Origin: Dicyema japonicum
Lineage: Eukaryota; Animalia; Dicyemida
Assembly (NCBI GenBank): GCA_011109175.1
Contig: RDEW01000025.1
Span: 651,990 to 715,989 of the forward strand
DNA: 64,000 nt
Direction of reading: 5' to 3'
A program made the translations under genes and the position numbers. Numbering within the stretch: position 1 is the stretch's first letter; each line of letters begins with the position of its first letter. Below are positions 1-13,971 of the stretch, one piece after another. The notes below the pieces were generated by a model, which worked only from the letters and a program-made list of their open reading frames with translations, ran no database searches and was not told the origin of the DNA.

Positions 1-9
1 GGATCCAAT

Positions 10-315
10 TATTTTTTCCCCGGGGACAATGTCGTTACCTGGAGACAAGTTCTGGAATGCTGGAACGAATCAGGATCAAGGGGTTAGTTAGTTTGGTTAC
101 CCTTGGTCTTTAAAATTAATTTAATATTAATTTGTTGTGAATTGGTGGGTTGATTGGGTTGTAAAAAAACCGAGGAACCGTTGCGACTACGAGAAACCAC
201 TTATACTGCTGATGCGTACTTGCGTGGACTCGAGGGAGGATCATTGTGCAAGCTGAAGTCTCTTTTGGAGCGTGCCCAGATCACGTCGTAGTTAGTTTAA
301 TGTTACCGTGGTCTT
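10..315 (+). mobile_element. Two tandem 5'-truncated 3' stubs of a LINE clade
   Basis: Both end in stop + TTAGTTT(GG/AA)T(G)TTACC(G/C)TGGTCTTT, as at 41080-41105. The C-terminal peptide ..REDH..KLKSLLERAQITS* resembles the LINE C-termini at 17700-17763 and 42080-42150. Confidence 0.6.
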
Positions 316-439
316 TGGAATTTTTTTTCATTTTTAATTGTAAAGAATGAAATATCCTTTATTGATTTAAGTCAACGACCTCGGAGCTTTTGAGCTCTGA
401 CAATACTATGGAACAGATCACAATCAAATTTTAGCTCTC

Positions 440-1800
440 CCTATCCTTTTGGATCAATTTGGTCAACTTGTACATTCCTCCACAAGGATCCTGTCCAACA
501 TCCTACACCCACAATCTATCCCGCCTCTCAACACTAAAGAACTTACTAATATACGGCGACATCAATGCGCGACTCCCTGTTTGGTTTGCTTCAAAGTCGA
601 CCGAGGTAAGTTCATCGCAAATGGTCTTATTGATATGATTGTCCTGAAAGATCATAATTTACACATAAGGACCCCATTAAGGAGCACCGATAGTAACACA
701 TCTCCCTATTTAACCTGATGTTCTCCTTTTTAGCAGGACTTGAATTATGGTTTTTCTAGCGACCACAATCCCATCCTTCTTATGTTAAGAGAATTTCGAA
801 GACGCCAGACACAGGAGACTGAAGTGGAAATAGGAAGGTTGATTGGTCTGACTTCAGTAACTTCGTTGACATAGAATTGGCCAAAGGACTCTCATCACAA
901 ATACTTTCGTTAGATGAGTCCGCGAAAGTTATCAGTGTGGCTATTGAAAAGGCTGATAATGTATTCCTCTCTCATCATGCACGAATTTATACCCTCAATT
1001 CTCGGTCGCTAAAACTCATAAAACGAGGAACTTTGTCAAACGATGCCATCTGATAGATTTTAAATCTTAAACCATCAGACAACTAAATAAAAGTAACAAC
1101 CAGAGAATAAAGACCACCAGGTTCAGAGATGGCATCACCTGGGTAAAGTTCATCCCATCAATTCTGGAAAGCACTAAACAAATTAAATCAGAGTTGGAAA
1201 ATGGCAATGGAGCCGGTAACTCTTTTCCAAAACACGTGTGTCATATACACCCTTTCCTACTGGTGAAACATTATGCTGAGATCAACTTAAATCATTCTCG
1301 AAACACCCGAATATCAATACGTGCCCATAAACCGAAGAAGGAACCCTATAAGAACTATTTTCAGACAAGTAGGTCTCAGAGGTTATCACCAGATTAAAAA
1401 ACTCATGGCTCTGCGGCCCTGATAAAATATCTTCGATTCATCTAAAACAACTAGACCACTATTTGATTATTACCTCTGGAAGATCCACCACTACGCATTT
1501 AACTACACTATCTCAATTTATTTTTTTCCAAACCTATAGCTGTAGTTGGCAAACTTTCTTTCTAGAAGACATGGGAGAGTCATCTGTGGTCACCTCAGAT
1601 CAAGGTCACGATTACTACCAACCGGAGTATCCCAAGGTTCTCCGCTTTCTCCGACTCTCTTCAACCTATTCCTCCAAGACTTACCAATTGACGGGACGAA
1701 GACTCCTTGTTACTATTCTACGCAGACGACTTAATTGCAACACACAATCGTGTTCAGAACCGGTAACAAGGTCTCCAAGCCAAGCAACTACCAAATAGTT
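440..1800 (+). mobile_element. Decayed Jockey/I-like LINE (APE endonuclease end + RT)
   Basis: SSDHNPIL (APE C-terminus) near 760; RT motifs GVSQGSPLSPTLFNLF and YADD at 1620-1730; multiple stops and frameshifts. Confidence 0.8.
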
Positions 1801-1869
1801 TGCTTGGTAGTGACTAAGGACGAGCGCCAAGCTATCATTTCCAGATTTCTTTAATCATGTTGATGATAC

Positions 1870-2740
1870 CCAGAGTTAATTTGAAGATAGTCGAGTTGAA
1901 CATCAACGGTCTTTCCAAAAAATGTATTGATTTATGTAACTTCTTCAACAATCAGTGTGGACATTTCCTTTATCCAAGAAACTAAGCTTACACGAAGCTG
2001 GGGGTGGTTTACTTATTCTTGTGCACATTTCTCTCCTTTTCTGAATCTTATTTATTAAATCTCTCATATCTGAGAATCCTCATATTGAAATTTCATCTAT
2101 CCAATATCAAAAAACCTGTTTCACTATAGTCAATGGTTACATTTCCACATTTCTCTTTATAGTGGCTACGACAAATTTACTTCCCCTTATGTCTATTGTA
2201 CATTTTATTATATGTGGAGATTTTACTGTTCACCATCCCCCTGATTGTACTCGAACAAGTTTGATCAACGTGTTTTGAAAAATTTTCAAGATTTGTGGAT
2301 CTGGTTGTCTTGAACGACCCAAGTTTGCACATCCGTTGTGTTTTAAGTCTAGAACATTTGAATACCTCCCCTGATATCTTCTTTTGTTCTCCGAGTCTGG
2401 CTATTGACACTGTTCACAAATTGTCTGCTGGCTGCTGACAAAAAAATATATTCCACGTGGTTTCATATTGAATCGTGGGTTTCACAAAAAATTGAATGTG
2501 TTCAGGCAAATGGAAGGAATGAATCTCAATTTAAAATTAATAAACAAATTGACGACTCAAAACACAAGAACAAAGAAAGTAACGATTTATCTTATCTTGG
2601 ATGTTCTTTATTATGTCAACCTACTATCATATCCATACCTTACGACGTTCTTCAAGATTCAGTATTATCTGCGGCCATATTTAATCTTCATCTAGCGAAC
2701 TTACCAACAAACCAGAACACATTTCTTATATCATAATTGT
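1870..2740 (+). mobile_element. Degraded LINE fragments (APE N-terminus, RT piece)
   Basis: ELNINGL..IQETKL at 1890-1990; QDSVLSAAIFNLHL (QGSxLSP-like) at 2650-2700. Confidence 0.55.
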
Positions 2741-2779
2741 CTCTCGCCACCTCGACGTAACCTGTGGTCTTGCAAGTAC

Positions 2780-3560
2780 ATATTGACTGAATTTCTTCTC
2801 TGATGGACCAAAATCTTTTCATCAAAAAGGTCATACAGAGGCTATTCCATCCCAGGATGGCGAGCTAGACTAACTCAAATAACTAGCAGCGCTCATGAAG
2901 ATCTTCTGTTTGTGTATAAATCTGATTCCTAGCGTCGCAGGTGCAACAGGACCAGACGATTCAACCGAGAGGGGAACAAACAAAAAATCCTTTGGTAAAA
3001 CGGCGTACTTTTCCCATTTTGACCTCAGCCTTCTCAGTGGCAAAACAGGTTCCAGAAGTACTTTGATGTAGTTGCAAGAGGCAAATATGTCGGTGCAGGT
3101 GACGCCCAGACAAGAGGTTTTCCGACTTCAAAGGAGAAGATGGTTATCCCGTCGAGTTTTTTCCATGTCACGTTTGCACGGGCCGACTGATTCGAGCATA
3201 GAAAGATAAGACCAGCAGATCTTCAAATAACCTCCGTCATACTGCATCGTCCAAACCCCGTTGAGAGTTTAAAGAAGGTTGGAAAAACTGATAGGTACGG
3301 CTCCTGGCTTCAAGAGCATGACCGACGTCCTAGTCAGTAACGAATTCAGCGAGGAGTTTAAAATACTCTTGACATGGGTATTACAGGCCATTAGCGACGA
3401 AAGATATACAGGAGAGAAACGTCTACAGAACTGTGAATTCCAAACCTCAGATTCTTACCGACTGTGTGGTCTGCTTCCATGAGTATTCCTCAAACCGGAA
3501 ATTGAAGATAAGCTCCGCTGTCAAGATAATACTGGGTCATTCATTTCGATGGGTCAGCCT
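2780..3560 (-). mobile_element. CRE-like RLE non-LTR retrotransposon, 3' remnant
   Basis: Minus strand encodes ..KNSTG.TIFSFEVGKPLVWASPAPTY.. (RPDG/WDxTC motif). It is homologous to 57280-58230, including the terminal GAGCGCTGCT.GTTATTTGAG segment. Confidence 0.75.
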
Positions 3561-3776
3561 CATCATCTTTCGCATTTTTAATGAAAAAAAACTGTTTTTC
3601 ACATAAGAGGATAAGAAATTAAAAGACGTCAGTCTACTGACATCAATGAAAAAATATCAGAAAGATAATGCAATTTAGAAATATTATGGATAAATACTAC
3701 ATCAATGAAAGATAATGTATTTTAGAAATATTTAATATAATTTATAGATAAAATATTTAATTTTAATATTTAAAAC

Positions 3777-6700
3777 ATGGCAGATGAGATTGCTCGTAAA
3801 CAGCAATACGAATATAAATCCGTAAACACTTAATATTAATAATACTTTTTAAACATATTTTTACTTTTAGAACTCCAATCTTGTCTTACAACCTGATGCC
3901 AATTTAATTGACAGAAGACCACGTGGAGAACCCACTGGAGAAGTTATGTCATTGTCTGGGAGATTAGATGGAATTACCATGGGCGATAAAGCCATGAAAA
4001 CAAAACCTCCTGTGACACGTGACTTTTCAACGTTGATTAGCTTATTTATCTTTTCCTAGGAAACGAAAAAGACAAGAATTCGAGTATTCCAGCTCAAAAA
4101 GACCAGGAACTATAGTTGATTTCACGGACGATACAGCTGGCATTATTTACAAGCCTAAGTCTACTGAAACACGTGAAATCTACAAGGCTATACTTACGTG
4201 TATTCAAAATTGTCTGGATGATCAGGTTCACCATTGATTTTACAACGTCAGCCACGTGAGATTATGTATGCAGCTGCAGATGAAATTCTAACAGAATTGA
4301 AGAACGACAACTTGAAAGACAAAGAGAAAAGAAAGTAAGTCGAACTACTTCTAGGTCCTCTCTCAGATCAGAGATTCGCAATATTTGTCACCCTCTCTCA
4401 GAAAATAGTAGATTGGGTGAACAATGACAATGAAGAGAGCGGTTGTCGAGTTTTCTTATAGTAGATACCAACATTGACAAAACCATTGGAATTAACGTGC
4501 AATTTGACGAAAGTGAAGAAGAGGTTTGTTTATGTAACCACGTGTAGGAGGATGTTGAGATTTCGAACGTTGTGAAAGAAGAGGATGATAGTGACGAAGA
4601 TAACAGCCTTCCAGAAGTCACACTTAAACGAACTGTAGTTATTTGTTTCTTATAAAGGCTGACATTGATACAATTTCGGAAAGAAGGATTCTCATCATCC
4701 ACGTGACATTGATGCTTTCTGGCTTCAGAGGAAATTACACAAATATTTTACAGAGCCTAGTTTAGCACAGTCTAAGGCACATGAAATTCTCCAAACATTG
4801 AATGTATAATCATTTGTTACCCAGGATTCATCTGATGACGACGTACAAGGAAAGTTGGTTCTACTGCTGGGTCACAGACAGTTTGATTTAATCAAGATTC
4901 TCACAGACAACCGGCAAATGAGTTATTTTATCTGTTATTTTAGTATTATACTGTACTCTCTTCTCCTCTGCACAATCAGAAGAAGAAAAGACGGAAATCC
5001 GCCAAACTATGATGAAGGATCCGTATTTGAATGGAATTCTCCAATCTCTCATAGATATTGGGACAGAGGACGCTATAAATAATGAATATATTAGTAAAGT
5101 TCCTCAAACCAGAAGTGAATCAGATAAGCAATTAGATCTGGTGGACTCGTCATTTGTATAATTTTAATAATTACCAGAATCCTGCTGATTTGATAAATAT
5201 TGACTTTAATGCCATTACATCCTCATATTTCGTTAACAAAAAACGTTGCAAACTTCCTGAAGGCTCGTATAAGAAATCTTTGGCCGGATATGAAGAGGTT
5301 TATGTACCTGCTCTAATCCCCAAAATACAGGAAGAAGAACAAGTTGACGTTGATTTTCACATTATAGCTGATTCCCATTAGTCGTCTGCCAAACTACGCT
5401 CAACCAGCATTTACTAATATAAAGACTCTAAATCGAATACAAAGCAAACTTTTCAAGGTTGCCATTGAATCGGAAGAGAATATTTTGTTATGTGCACCAA
5501 CTGTGAGTTTAATTGATTATTGGAGGGTGCTGGTAAGACTAATGTGGCTTTGATGACAATTTTGAGAGAAATTGGTAAGCATGTGAATGAGGATACGACC
5601 ATCAACGTCGACGAGTTCAAAATAGTGTATATAGCTCCAATGAAGTCACTGGTACAAGAAATGGTGGCTAACTTTTCATCAGTAGTTATATTACTTGAGT
5701 GTAGAAATTGAGGCCATATTCTATTAAGGTGGATGAATTAACAGGGGATCACCAACTGACCCAAGAACAGATTCATTCCACACAGGTGATTGTCTGCACT
5801 CCCGAGAAGTGGGATGTCATCACTCGGAAGGGTGGTGAAAAGACATTTGTTAATCTTGTTCGACTTGTTATAATTGACGAAATCCATTTACTTCATGATG
5901 AGAGAGGTCCTGTACTTGAAGCCATTATTGCCAGGTTACCACCCTGTATAATTGTAGAACTGTGAGAGGGATAGAAAAGTCAGGGAATAATGTTAGATTG
6001 ATTGGACTTAGTGCTACCCTTCCAAATTATGAGGACGTTGCAACATTTTTAGGTGTCGAGAAAACTGGATTGTTCTACTTTGATAACAGTTATCGACCAG
6101 TTCCACTCCAGCAAGTCTATATTGGAATCAATGAGAAAGCTGCTCGACGCTACCAACTAATGAATGACATTGTGTATAAAAAAGTGGTGGAACATGCTGC
6201 CTCTAATCAAGTTTTAATTATTTATCAAAGTAGGTTCTTATATTTGTACATTCACGGAAAGAAACAGCCAAGACAGCACGTGCCTTGAAGGATATGTGTT
6301 TGGCTAACGATACGTTGGGAGTGTTTCTCAAAGAAAGCAATAAATCTATTGAAATATTAAGAACTGAAGCGGAACATGCTAGGAATTTGGATTTGAAAGA
6401 TCTGTTGCCTTTTGGTTTTGCTATTCATCACGCTGGGATGAACAAGTTATATAAAATATAAATTTTAGACTGGACAGAGCATTAGTTGAGGATTTGTTTA
6501 GTGACAGACATATTCCAGTACTCGTATCAACAGCAACTCTGGCATGGGGGGTGAACCTTCCTGCACACACAGTCATCATTAAAGGAACCCAAGTGTACAG
6601 TCCTGAGAAGAGTAAATGGGTTGAGTTGGGTTGTTTGGACGTTATGCAAATGATGGGACGTGCGGGACGTCCCCAGTACGACACACGCGGGGTTGGAATA

Positions 6701-9700
6701 CTGATAACCAACCACACTGACATGTCTTATTATCTGTCACTAATGAATCAACAGTTACCCATTGAAAGTCAGTTGTTACATTGTTTGTCTGATAATTTGA
6801 ATGCTGAAATTGTACTGGGAAGTGTTCAGAATTTGTTTGACGCTGCTGAGTGGCTGAGTTTTGTTAATTTTATGATTTTGTAGAATATACTTATTTGTAC
6901 ATAAGAATGCTCAAACAGCCGGTTCTGTATGGAATATCACTGGAAGATTTCGAGAAGGACCCGACATTGGAACAAAGAAGACTGAATCTAATTCACTCTG
7001 CTGCTCTCATATTGGAGAAGAGTTCTCTAATAAAGTATGACAGAAAATCTGGGTCATTTACATCCACCAATCTTGGCCAGATAGCATGTGACTATTACTG
7101 CAAGAATGAGACACTTTCTGTGTTTAATCAGTACCTCAAACCAACTCTAGCGGACATTGAACTCTTTAGAGTGTTTTCCTTAGCATCAGAGTTTAAACGT
7201 ATATCAGTGAGAGAGGTCAGTCTTTTTATTTATTTAAGGAAGAGAAAATTGAACTTCAGAAATTGGTTGAGCGTGTACCCATTCCCATAAAGGAGAGCAT
7301 TGAAGAGTCATCAGCAAAGGTTATTTGTGTTAATAAAACAGGTGAATGTATTACTACAAGCATACATTTCTAATCTAAAATTTGATGGATTTGCCTTAAT
7401 GTCTGACATGGTTTTCATAACCCAGAGTGCCTCACGACTAGTACGAGCCATTTTTGAGATTGTAATGTACAGGGGATGGGCCAGACTTACTGATAAGGCT
7501 CTCACTTTAGCCAAAATGATTGATCAAAGAATGTAATGTCTTTAGTTAACCATTAGGTGGTCGTCAATGTGTCCCCTTAAACAGTTTAAAAAAATCCCAA
7601 TCGAGGTTGTGAGGAAGATTGACAAGCGAGGATTCGAGCTTCATCGTCTGTATGATTTAAGTCCAGAAGAGCTTACAGAACTTTTGAATATTCCACGTGC
7701 TGGTCAAGTCATTATAAAATATCTGCGACAATTTCCTAAAATGGAGCTTAAAGTTCACATTTTGCCTATTACCTCATCTACTCTTCGGATTGATTTGACT
7801 ATTACGCCTTATTTTAAGTGGGATGAGAAGGTTCACGGAAATGCCCAGGGATTCTGGATCTTTATTGAAGATTCTGACGGTGAAAAAACTCCTCCATTCT
7901 GAATTTTTTATACTACGAAAGAAATTTGCGGAAGCTGAGCACTTTCTAAAGTTTTATGTCCCAATCTTCACTCCTCGTCCACCACATTACTTTGTACGAA
8001 TAGTGTCTGACAAATGGATTGGTACTACTTTTCTTCATTTTAGGTTCCTCCACATCCCTTCCTGTCTCCTTTAGACATATGACTATGCCAGAGAAGGGGA
8101 ATGCTCCAACAGAGTTGTTAGATTTACAGCCGTTGGCAATCTCTGCTCTGCGAAATCCAAACTTTGAGAGTTTTTATAAGCAACGTCACTTCAATCCCAT
8201 CCAAACTCAAGGTAGTATATTATCTTGATGTAGTTTTCAATACTGCTTATAATACTGACGTCAGCATGTTTGTTGGTTCACCTGCTGGTTCTGGGGATAA
8301 TGTCATTGCTGAATTCGCCATCTTTAGACTTTTTTCGCAGAATCCTGAAGGACGTTGTGTTTATGTGTCACCCAAATCAGCTCAGGCACCATTGGTTTGC
8401 AGTTACTGTTAATATTCAGATCTTTGATTCCCTTCAGAACTTCAACAAAATACTAAACAAATCGGTAGTACTTTTGACTGGTGATACTCCTAGTGATTTG
8501 AAGCTTTTGCAGAATGTAGTATTAAATATTTAAATTAGGCAAACGTTGTGGTTTCAACTGTAGAAAACTGGGATATTCTCTCCCGCAGATGGAAGCAAAG
8601 AAAGGTCATTCAAAATGTGGATTTGTTTGTGGCCACTCACATTGAACTAATTGACGATGAAATGGGGGTATTTGTTGTAGTCATTGTATTAGTCTGTATA
8701 TGAGTCAATATGCACTCGAATGTTGTACATGTCATCACAGACTCAACGTCCACTAAGAATAATAGGATTATCAATTCCTCTGTTTAACTCAGAGGACGTG
8801 TCTCAGTGGCTTGGATGTGGAATTAATGCTACTTTTAACTTTCACCCAAACATTCGTCCAATTGCCCTCCACATACAGGGATACAATATTAACCACTATC
8901 AGACTCGATTCTTGTCGATGCTTAGACCTGCTTATCGTGCTGTTGTGTCGTATGCTAAAAACAAACCTGCCATCCTTTTCGTATCTTCCAGAAAACAAAC
9001 TAGGACGACTGCTTTCCACCTGATTAGCTATGCTGCCGAAAGTGATCCTAATAGATTCCTCCATATTGGGCCTAATGATGATTTGAAGCCATTTATAGAT
9101 AGATTGGATGATAGAGTGATGTGTTGTCTTTATGCTTATAGAATTTGGCAATTGTGGTAGAGAAGGGAGTTGCCTACATTCATGAAGGACTTTCCAACAA
9201 TGATAGACAGATTGTTGAGCAGTTATTCTTGCACAATGTAATACAGGTGGTGGTCGCCTCTAGGAATTTGGTGTGGGGACTGAATTTATGTTGTTCCCTT
9301 GTGGTTGTTATTGACACTCAGTTTTATAATGGGAGATATCACAGGTTTTATGATTATGTAATTTTATAGTTATGAAGACTATCCAATAGCTGACTTGATA
9401 CAGATGACTGGATTGTGCTCTAAGTACTCATCTGATGGGGCACATGGTAAAGTTCTTATTTGCTGTCAAACATCAAAGAAAGAGTACTACAAAAAATTTT
9501 TATATGAGCCGTTGCCTCTTGAGGTTCTACCACGTGTAATTTTTAGTCACACTTTGATCAACATTTTCATGACAATTTAAACTCTGAGATATTTGCTAAA
9601 ATAATCGAGACAAAACAGGATGTTGTTGACTACTTGACATGGACTTTGATGTACCGACGAATGACCAGAAACCCAAACTACTACAATTTAAGCGGTATTT

Positions 9701-10904
9701 GTTGCTCCTTACTTCACAGGAAGTAGTCATGAGGATTTATCTGACCATTTGTCCACTCTGGTTGAGTCAACATTGGAAAACCTTGAGAGTGTGAAGGGTA
9801 ATTATTTAATTAACTTAAGTGTATTGCCATTGAGGATGATATGAATTTGTCATCCCTTAATCTAGGGATCATTTCGTCCTACTACTACATTTGCCATAAT
9901 ACCATTGGTATATTAGGTAGGATTATGATTAGAGTTGTTCAATATTTCTCTTTCAAGCAAAATCAGATTAAAGGGACTACTGGAAATTATATCTAATGCT
10001 GGAGAGTTTGCCAATCTGGAAATAAGAGAAGGAGATGAGGATATTCTAAAACAATTGGCTGCGAGATTACCTAATAAGATAATCGATCCGGATTTCACTG
10101 ATCCTCATGTCAAGACTAATTTACTTATTCAATCCTATCTATCACGTGTGCAACTTTCAGTGGAAATGCAATCAGATATTGTAGAGATTATTACGAAGGT
10201 TTGATTTTTATGATATATTTCCTAGTCTATTAGACTGGTACAGGCATGTGTTGATGTCCTAAGCAGTAGTGGATGGTTATCCCCAGCTTTATCAGCTATG
10301 GAACTGTCTCAGATGATCGTACAGGCGGTTGGATCAAAGGAATCAAATCTGAAACAAATCCTCATTTTAATGCAAAAATGATTGATAAATGCTCTGAGAT
10401 GGTATTAGTTCATAATTATGTTAAGTCTATTGAAAGTGTCTTCGATCTTCTTGAACTTGATGCTGATAAGAGGATGAGTCTTATCAGCTGTTTGACTGAA
10501 TCGGAAAGAAATGATGTTGCTAGATTCTGCAATGCTTACCCTAATGTGGACTGTGAATTCGCTGTCACTGATGAGGAGATTCACACTGGTTCTCTTGTAA
10601 ATGTGAATGTGACTTTAACGAGGGAGGATGATGAGTTGGTTAGAGTAGTCGCCCCCTTCTTTCCAAGAGTTAATAATTCCCCTAATTTTTAGAAAAAGGA
10701 TGAAGGGTGGTGGCTTGTTATTGGTGATCCGGCCACAAATAGTCTCATTTCTATTAAGCGTGTGACATTTGTTAAGACTTTGAATGTAAGATTGGACTTT
10801 GTGGCACCTAATGAAGGCAACTATGAATATTATCTTTACTTTATGAGTGATTCATACATGGGTTGTGATCAAGAGTACACTTTTTCTATCAATGTCAAAG
10901 AATA
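3777..10904 (+). CDS. SNRNP200: U5 snRNP 200-kDa helicase Brr2 (two helicase cassettes + Sec63 units), many micro-introns
   Basis: [15 protein letters not shown]|NSNLVLQ start; APT|[39 protein letters not shown]; ends [25 protein letters not shown]. Several 1-nt indels and one in-frame TAA (4336) are probable sequence errors. Confidence 0.98.
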
Positions 10905-11029
10905 ATTACGTCTTCTTTGTTATTTTCTTTCAATAAATTGGTTGTTAATTATTTTTTATCTTTATTTGAATCGCCAGGTTGTTTCCTCAAAAATAGCTAT
11001 CGAGATACCATCTCGAAGCCATCCAGTCT

Positions 11030-11760
11030 CATGGATAATTTGTAATTAGTCTTACTTATTATTCAAATAACTTGGTTTATCCATTAATCTCCCATCTGTA
11101 GTAAAAAATGGTGAACTGAGATTTTGCTGCCGATAACATATTGGCGGATAGCCAGTCATATATCCAGTTATGGTGTGACTGGACCACCGTGGTAGCTACG
11201 GACGGAGAACTATCCCTACCGATAGTAATGAGATCGTCCGCATAGGATAGAAACAGGGTGGTCCGTATTTGTTGCCAGACTCTTGTGGACCTCGTTGGGA
11301 TTAAGGTGATCTTGATTTTTTTCCAGTAAAGCGAGTTGTTTCGCCCCTTTCGGTTCGATAGAAAATTCTCCTGCAATAGCTTATGTTAGAGTATACATTT
11401 GACATTAAGATCTTCTTCATCACAAATGACGTCAAAACAGAGTCAAAGGCATTCTGCATGTCAATTAAACTAGAACAGTTTTCTTATTGAAGACATCAGT
11501 GATAAACTGAGAAACAAATCCCAAGTGATCGTGGTAGATCGCCCTGCTACAAAACTATGCAAGAACCCAGGCATTAGCAAAGAATGAAAAATGATTGTTA
11601 TAACTAGGCTCTCCGACACTTTCGACATAATGCATGTTATGGATACAGAACAGTAGGAAGATATTTCATCCTTCGGTTTTCCCCTCTTTAGAATTGGTGT
11701 GCTTACATAGGTCACAGGAGGGAGAGGACCCTATCAGTCTACTCCATTTGTGCCTACGGT
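11030..11760 (-). mobile_element. Decayed Jockey/I-like LINE RT
   Basis: PILKRGKPKDEISSYCSVSITCIMSKVSE (11470-11715) and FLSYADDL (11077-11376). Confidence 0.75.
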
Positions 11761-11989
11761 TCTCCCGAATTAACTGAGAGATTCTAGAGTTAAGTGAATA
11801 CAGGAAGATTCACATGGTCTCAATATGTTGTGAGTTAAGAGGTCTGGCACGACTTCGTAGGGAATATAGGTGTTCCAGATATAAATGTCTCAATAGGCGA
11901 AAAAGACAGTTCAATGAAAATATGTTTCAGAATATTATTCTCTTCACAGAGAACAACACAACTTGGGTATCATCCAAATTAAGAAATTT

Positions 11990-12135
11990 ATTTATTTAGA
12001 ACCAAGAATCACCGACATAACAAAGAAAGCGCCAAGTTAGTCAATCTTCTATTGGAAGTAAAGATCATAGAGGACGACTTTTCATGACTTGTGTGTAGTT
12101 GGTTCCTCGTAAGCCAACAGTTCAAGATATCCAGT
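11990..12135 (-). mobile_element. Internally deleted LINE piece with shared 3' tail
   Basis: WLTRNQLHTSHEKSSSMIFT (RT C-terminal type) joined to GTCGGTGATTCTTGGTT-CTAAATAAATAAA. Confidence 0.5.
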
Positions 12136-12142
12136 GTTTAAA

Positions 12143-12460
12143 ATTATTATTATAGTCACGTACGCGATACCAAGATCATGACAAAGCATGTGCAACACGA
12201 AAAGTTAACAATCTAATTAACGTCGCCCATCTTTTTCGATCCGTTGCCATATTCCGTAGCATATCTAGATCGTCCCCATCTTTAAGGCACTTTCCAATCC
12301 TCTTGAGATCTTCATCTAGAATAACCGGCAGTGTTGTCCTCAGCCGGCCGCGGAAACGAGAAGCTTCTAAGACAAAATACTCCTACATTGCTTTGTTGGC
12401 AGGGGTCCCCATATCGTGGCGGTGTATGTGTCCAAAGAGCCTCCATCTTGAATCAGTAAT
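12143..12460 (-). mobile_element. RTE-clade LINE 3' fragment with (TAA)n tail
   Basis: Near-identical to 53031-53350; encodes RGRPRTTLPVILDEDL..ATDRKRW. Confidence 0.85.
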
Positions 12461-12575
12461 ATCACATGATATTGGCTTAGTGTTTCAAATATTCAAATAA
12501 AATAAATTTAATAAAAATGTTTTAAAATATTCAAATAAAATTTTAAATTTCATGTGTTTGTAGTTGCTTTTTGTG

Positions 12576-13971
12576 ATGGTCAAATTGGACGTGTCTAGTT
12601 TTGGATTATTAGAGCCTAAATTCTTCCGTGTTCTGACATCAGTAATTATATTCTTTATAATTAAGATTGAAATGGGAATGAAGAACCACGAAGTCGTACC
12701 AATGGAGCTTGTAGCATCCCTTGCTGGAGTTATGAGTGGTGGATGCTACAAAATATTAAATGAGTTAGCAAAAAACAAACTAGTCGCGTTTGAAAAAGGC
12801 AGAACCATAGGTACCCTTCATATTTGACATCAGCTGAGGGATACAGACTTACTACTCAAGGCTACGACTTTTTGGCTTTGAAGGCACTCTGCAACTCGGG
12901 GAAGATCAACTCATTTGGGGTTAAAATTGGCGTTGGGAAGGAATCTGGTAATTTCTTAATATTACCATTTTCAGACGTCTTCACTGTAATGGACTCTGAT
13001 GGAAAGATCATGATCATCAAATTCCACAGGTATTCTTTCTATTTCATGTTAGACTGGGCCGAACCTGTTTCCGCCAAGTGAAGAACAGGAGGGAGTACCA
13101 CCAGCACAGAACTGTTTCCTCGTGGCTTTACTTATCGAGGATTTCCGCCACCAGTGAGTTCAAATTTCAACAGGTTTACATTATGATTCACAGAAGGAAC
13201 TATATAATGCCGGATTACCGGTTCCCCAACCTTTGGCTCACAACAGACACGCTGTACTAATGGAATACGTCAGTAATGCTCGTCTATTGTATGTTATACC
13301 GTTATTCCGTATTTTAGACAAGATTATTCGTTTTTGAGTGACCCCGATGAGCTTTTCGACGTCTGCTTGGGACTTGCCGTTAAACTGGCGGAATATGGTC
13401 TTATTCACTGCGATTTGAACGAGTTTAACCTTCTCCTCGATAATTCTGGAAAAATATGGCTGATTGACTTCCCCCAAATGGTTTCTAGAAACCACAAAGA
13501 AGCTGAAATGTTGATCTTTTATTCATTTCAAGGTTCTTCGACAGAGATGTCTTTTCTCTCAAGAATTTCTTCGCTAAAAGATTCAATATTGCACTAGTGA
13601 CTGATCCGTCCTTTCTGAAATCAAGTAATTCGGTATCTTTATGCTTCAGGAGAGAACACGTGCTAGATAGAAAGCTGAAAGCTCCCGGATATGATGCATC
13701 CGATGATGGGACTGATATTTTGGAGGAAGAGAACATTGATAATGAAATGTGTTCACTTAGTTTGACTGACAACGAATCTGTGATTACTTCCAAGTCGACA
13801 ACAAGTGCCCATCCGGACCCTGATTATGTTAGAAGGAAGGTCAGATCTGAAAGAGAAGCACAAGAAAAGAAACAGAACATTAAACGGGCAATCAAACGAG
13901 GTGAGGCGTCAGCCACGAATAGAAGAAGACGATTTAACGCTGAATTGACAGAAGATTTTTATATTAAATGA
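12576..13971 (+). CDS. RIOK2: RIO2 atypical kinase (40S maturation)
   Basis: MVKLDVSSF..FRVLTS|IEMGMKNHEVVP; GVGKESD; RLGRTCFRQVKNRREY; IHCDLNEFN; IDFPQMVS; several micro-introns; TGA at 13969. Confidence 0.97.

Noticed and set aside
4336-4338. In-frame TAA in Brr2 at a position aligning to Glu (RK*VELLLG vs RKEIDLLLG), suggesting stop-codon reassignment; it also creates a GTAAGT..CTAG 20-mer
   Set aside because: It is the only such case I found in the Brr2, RPB1 and RIO2 exons read, and Brr2, RPB1 and ZNF622 terminate at TAA. Splicing the 20-mer would destroy conserved residues and the frame. A base error or rare allele is simpler; check against reads.
12550-12576. TTTGTAG just upstream of the RIO2 ATG as a trans-splice acceptor
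   Set aside because: Not seen consistently at other genes, and no spliced-leader RNA gene is evident in the window.
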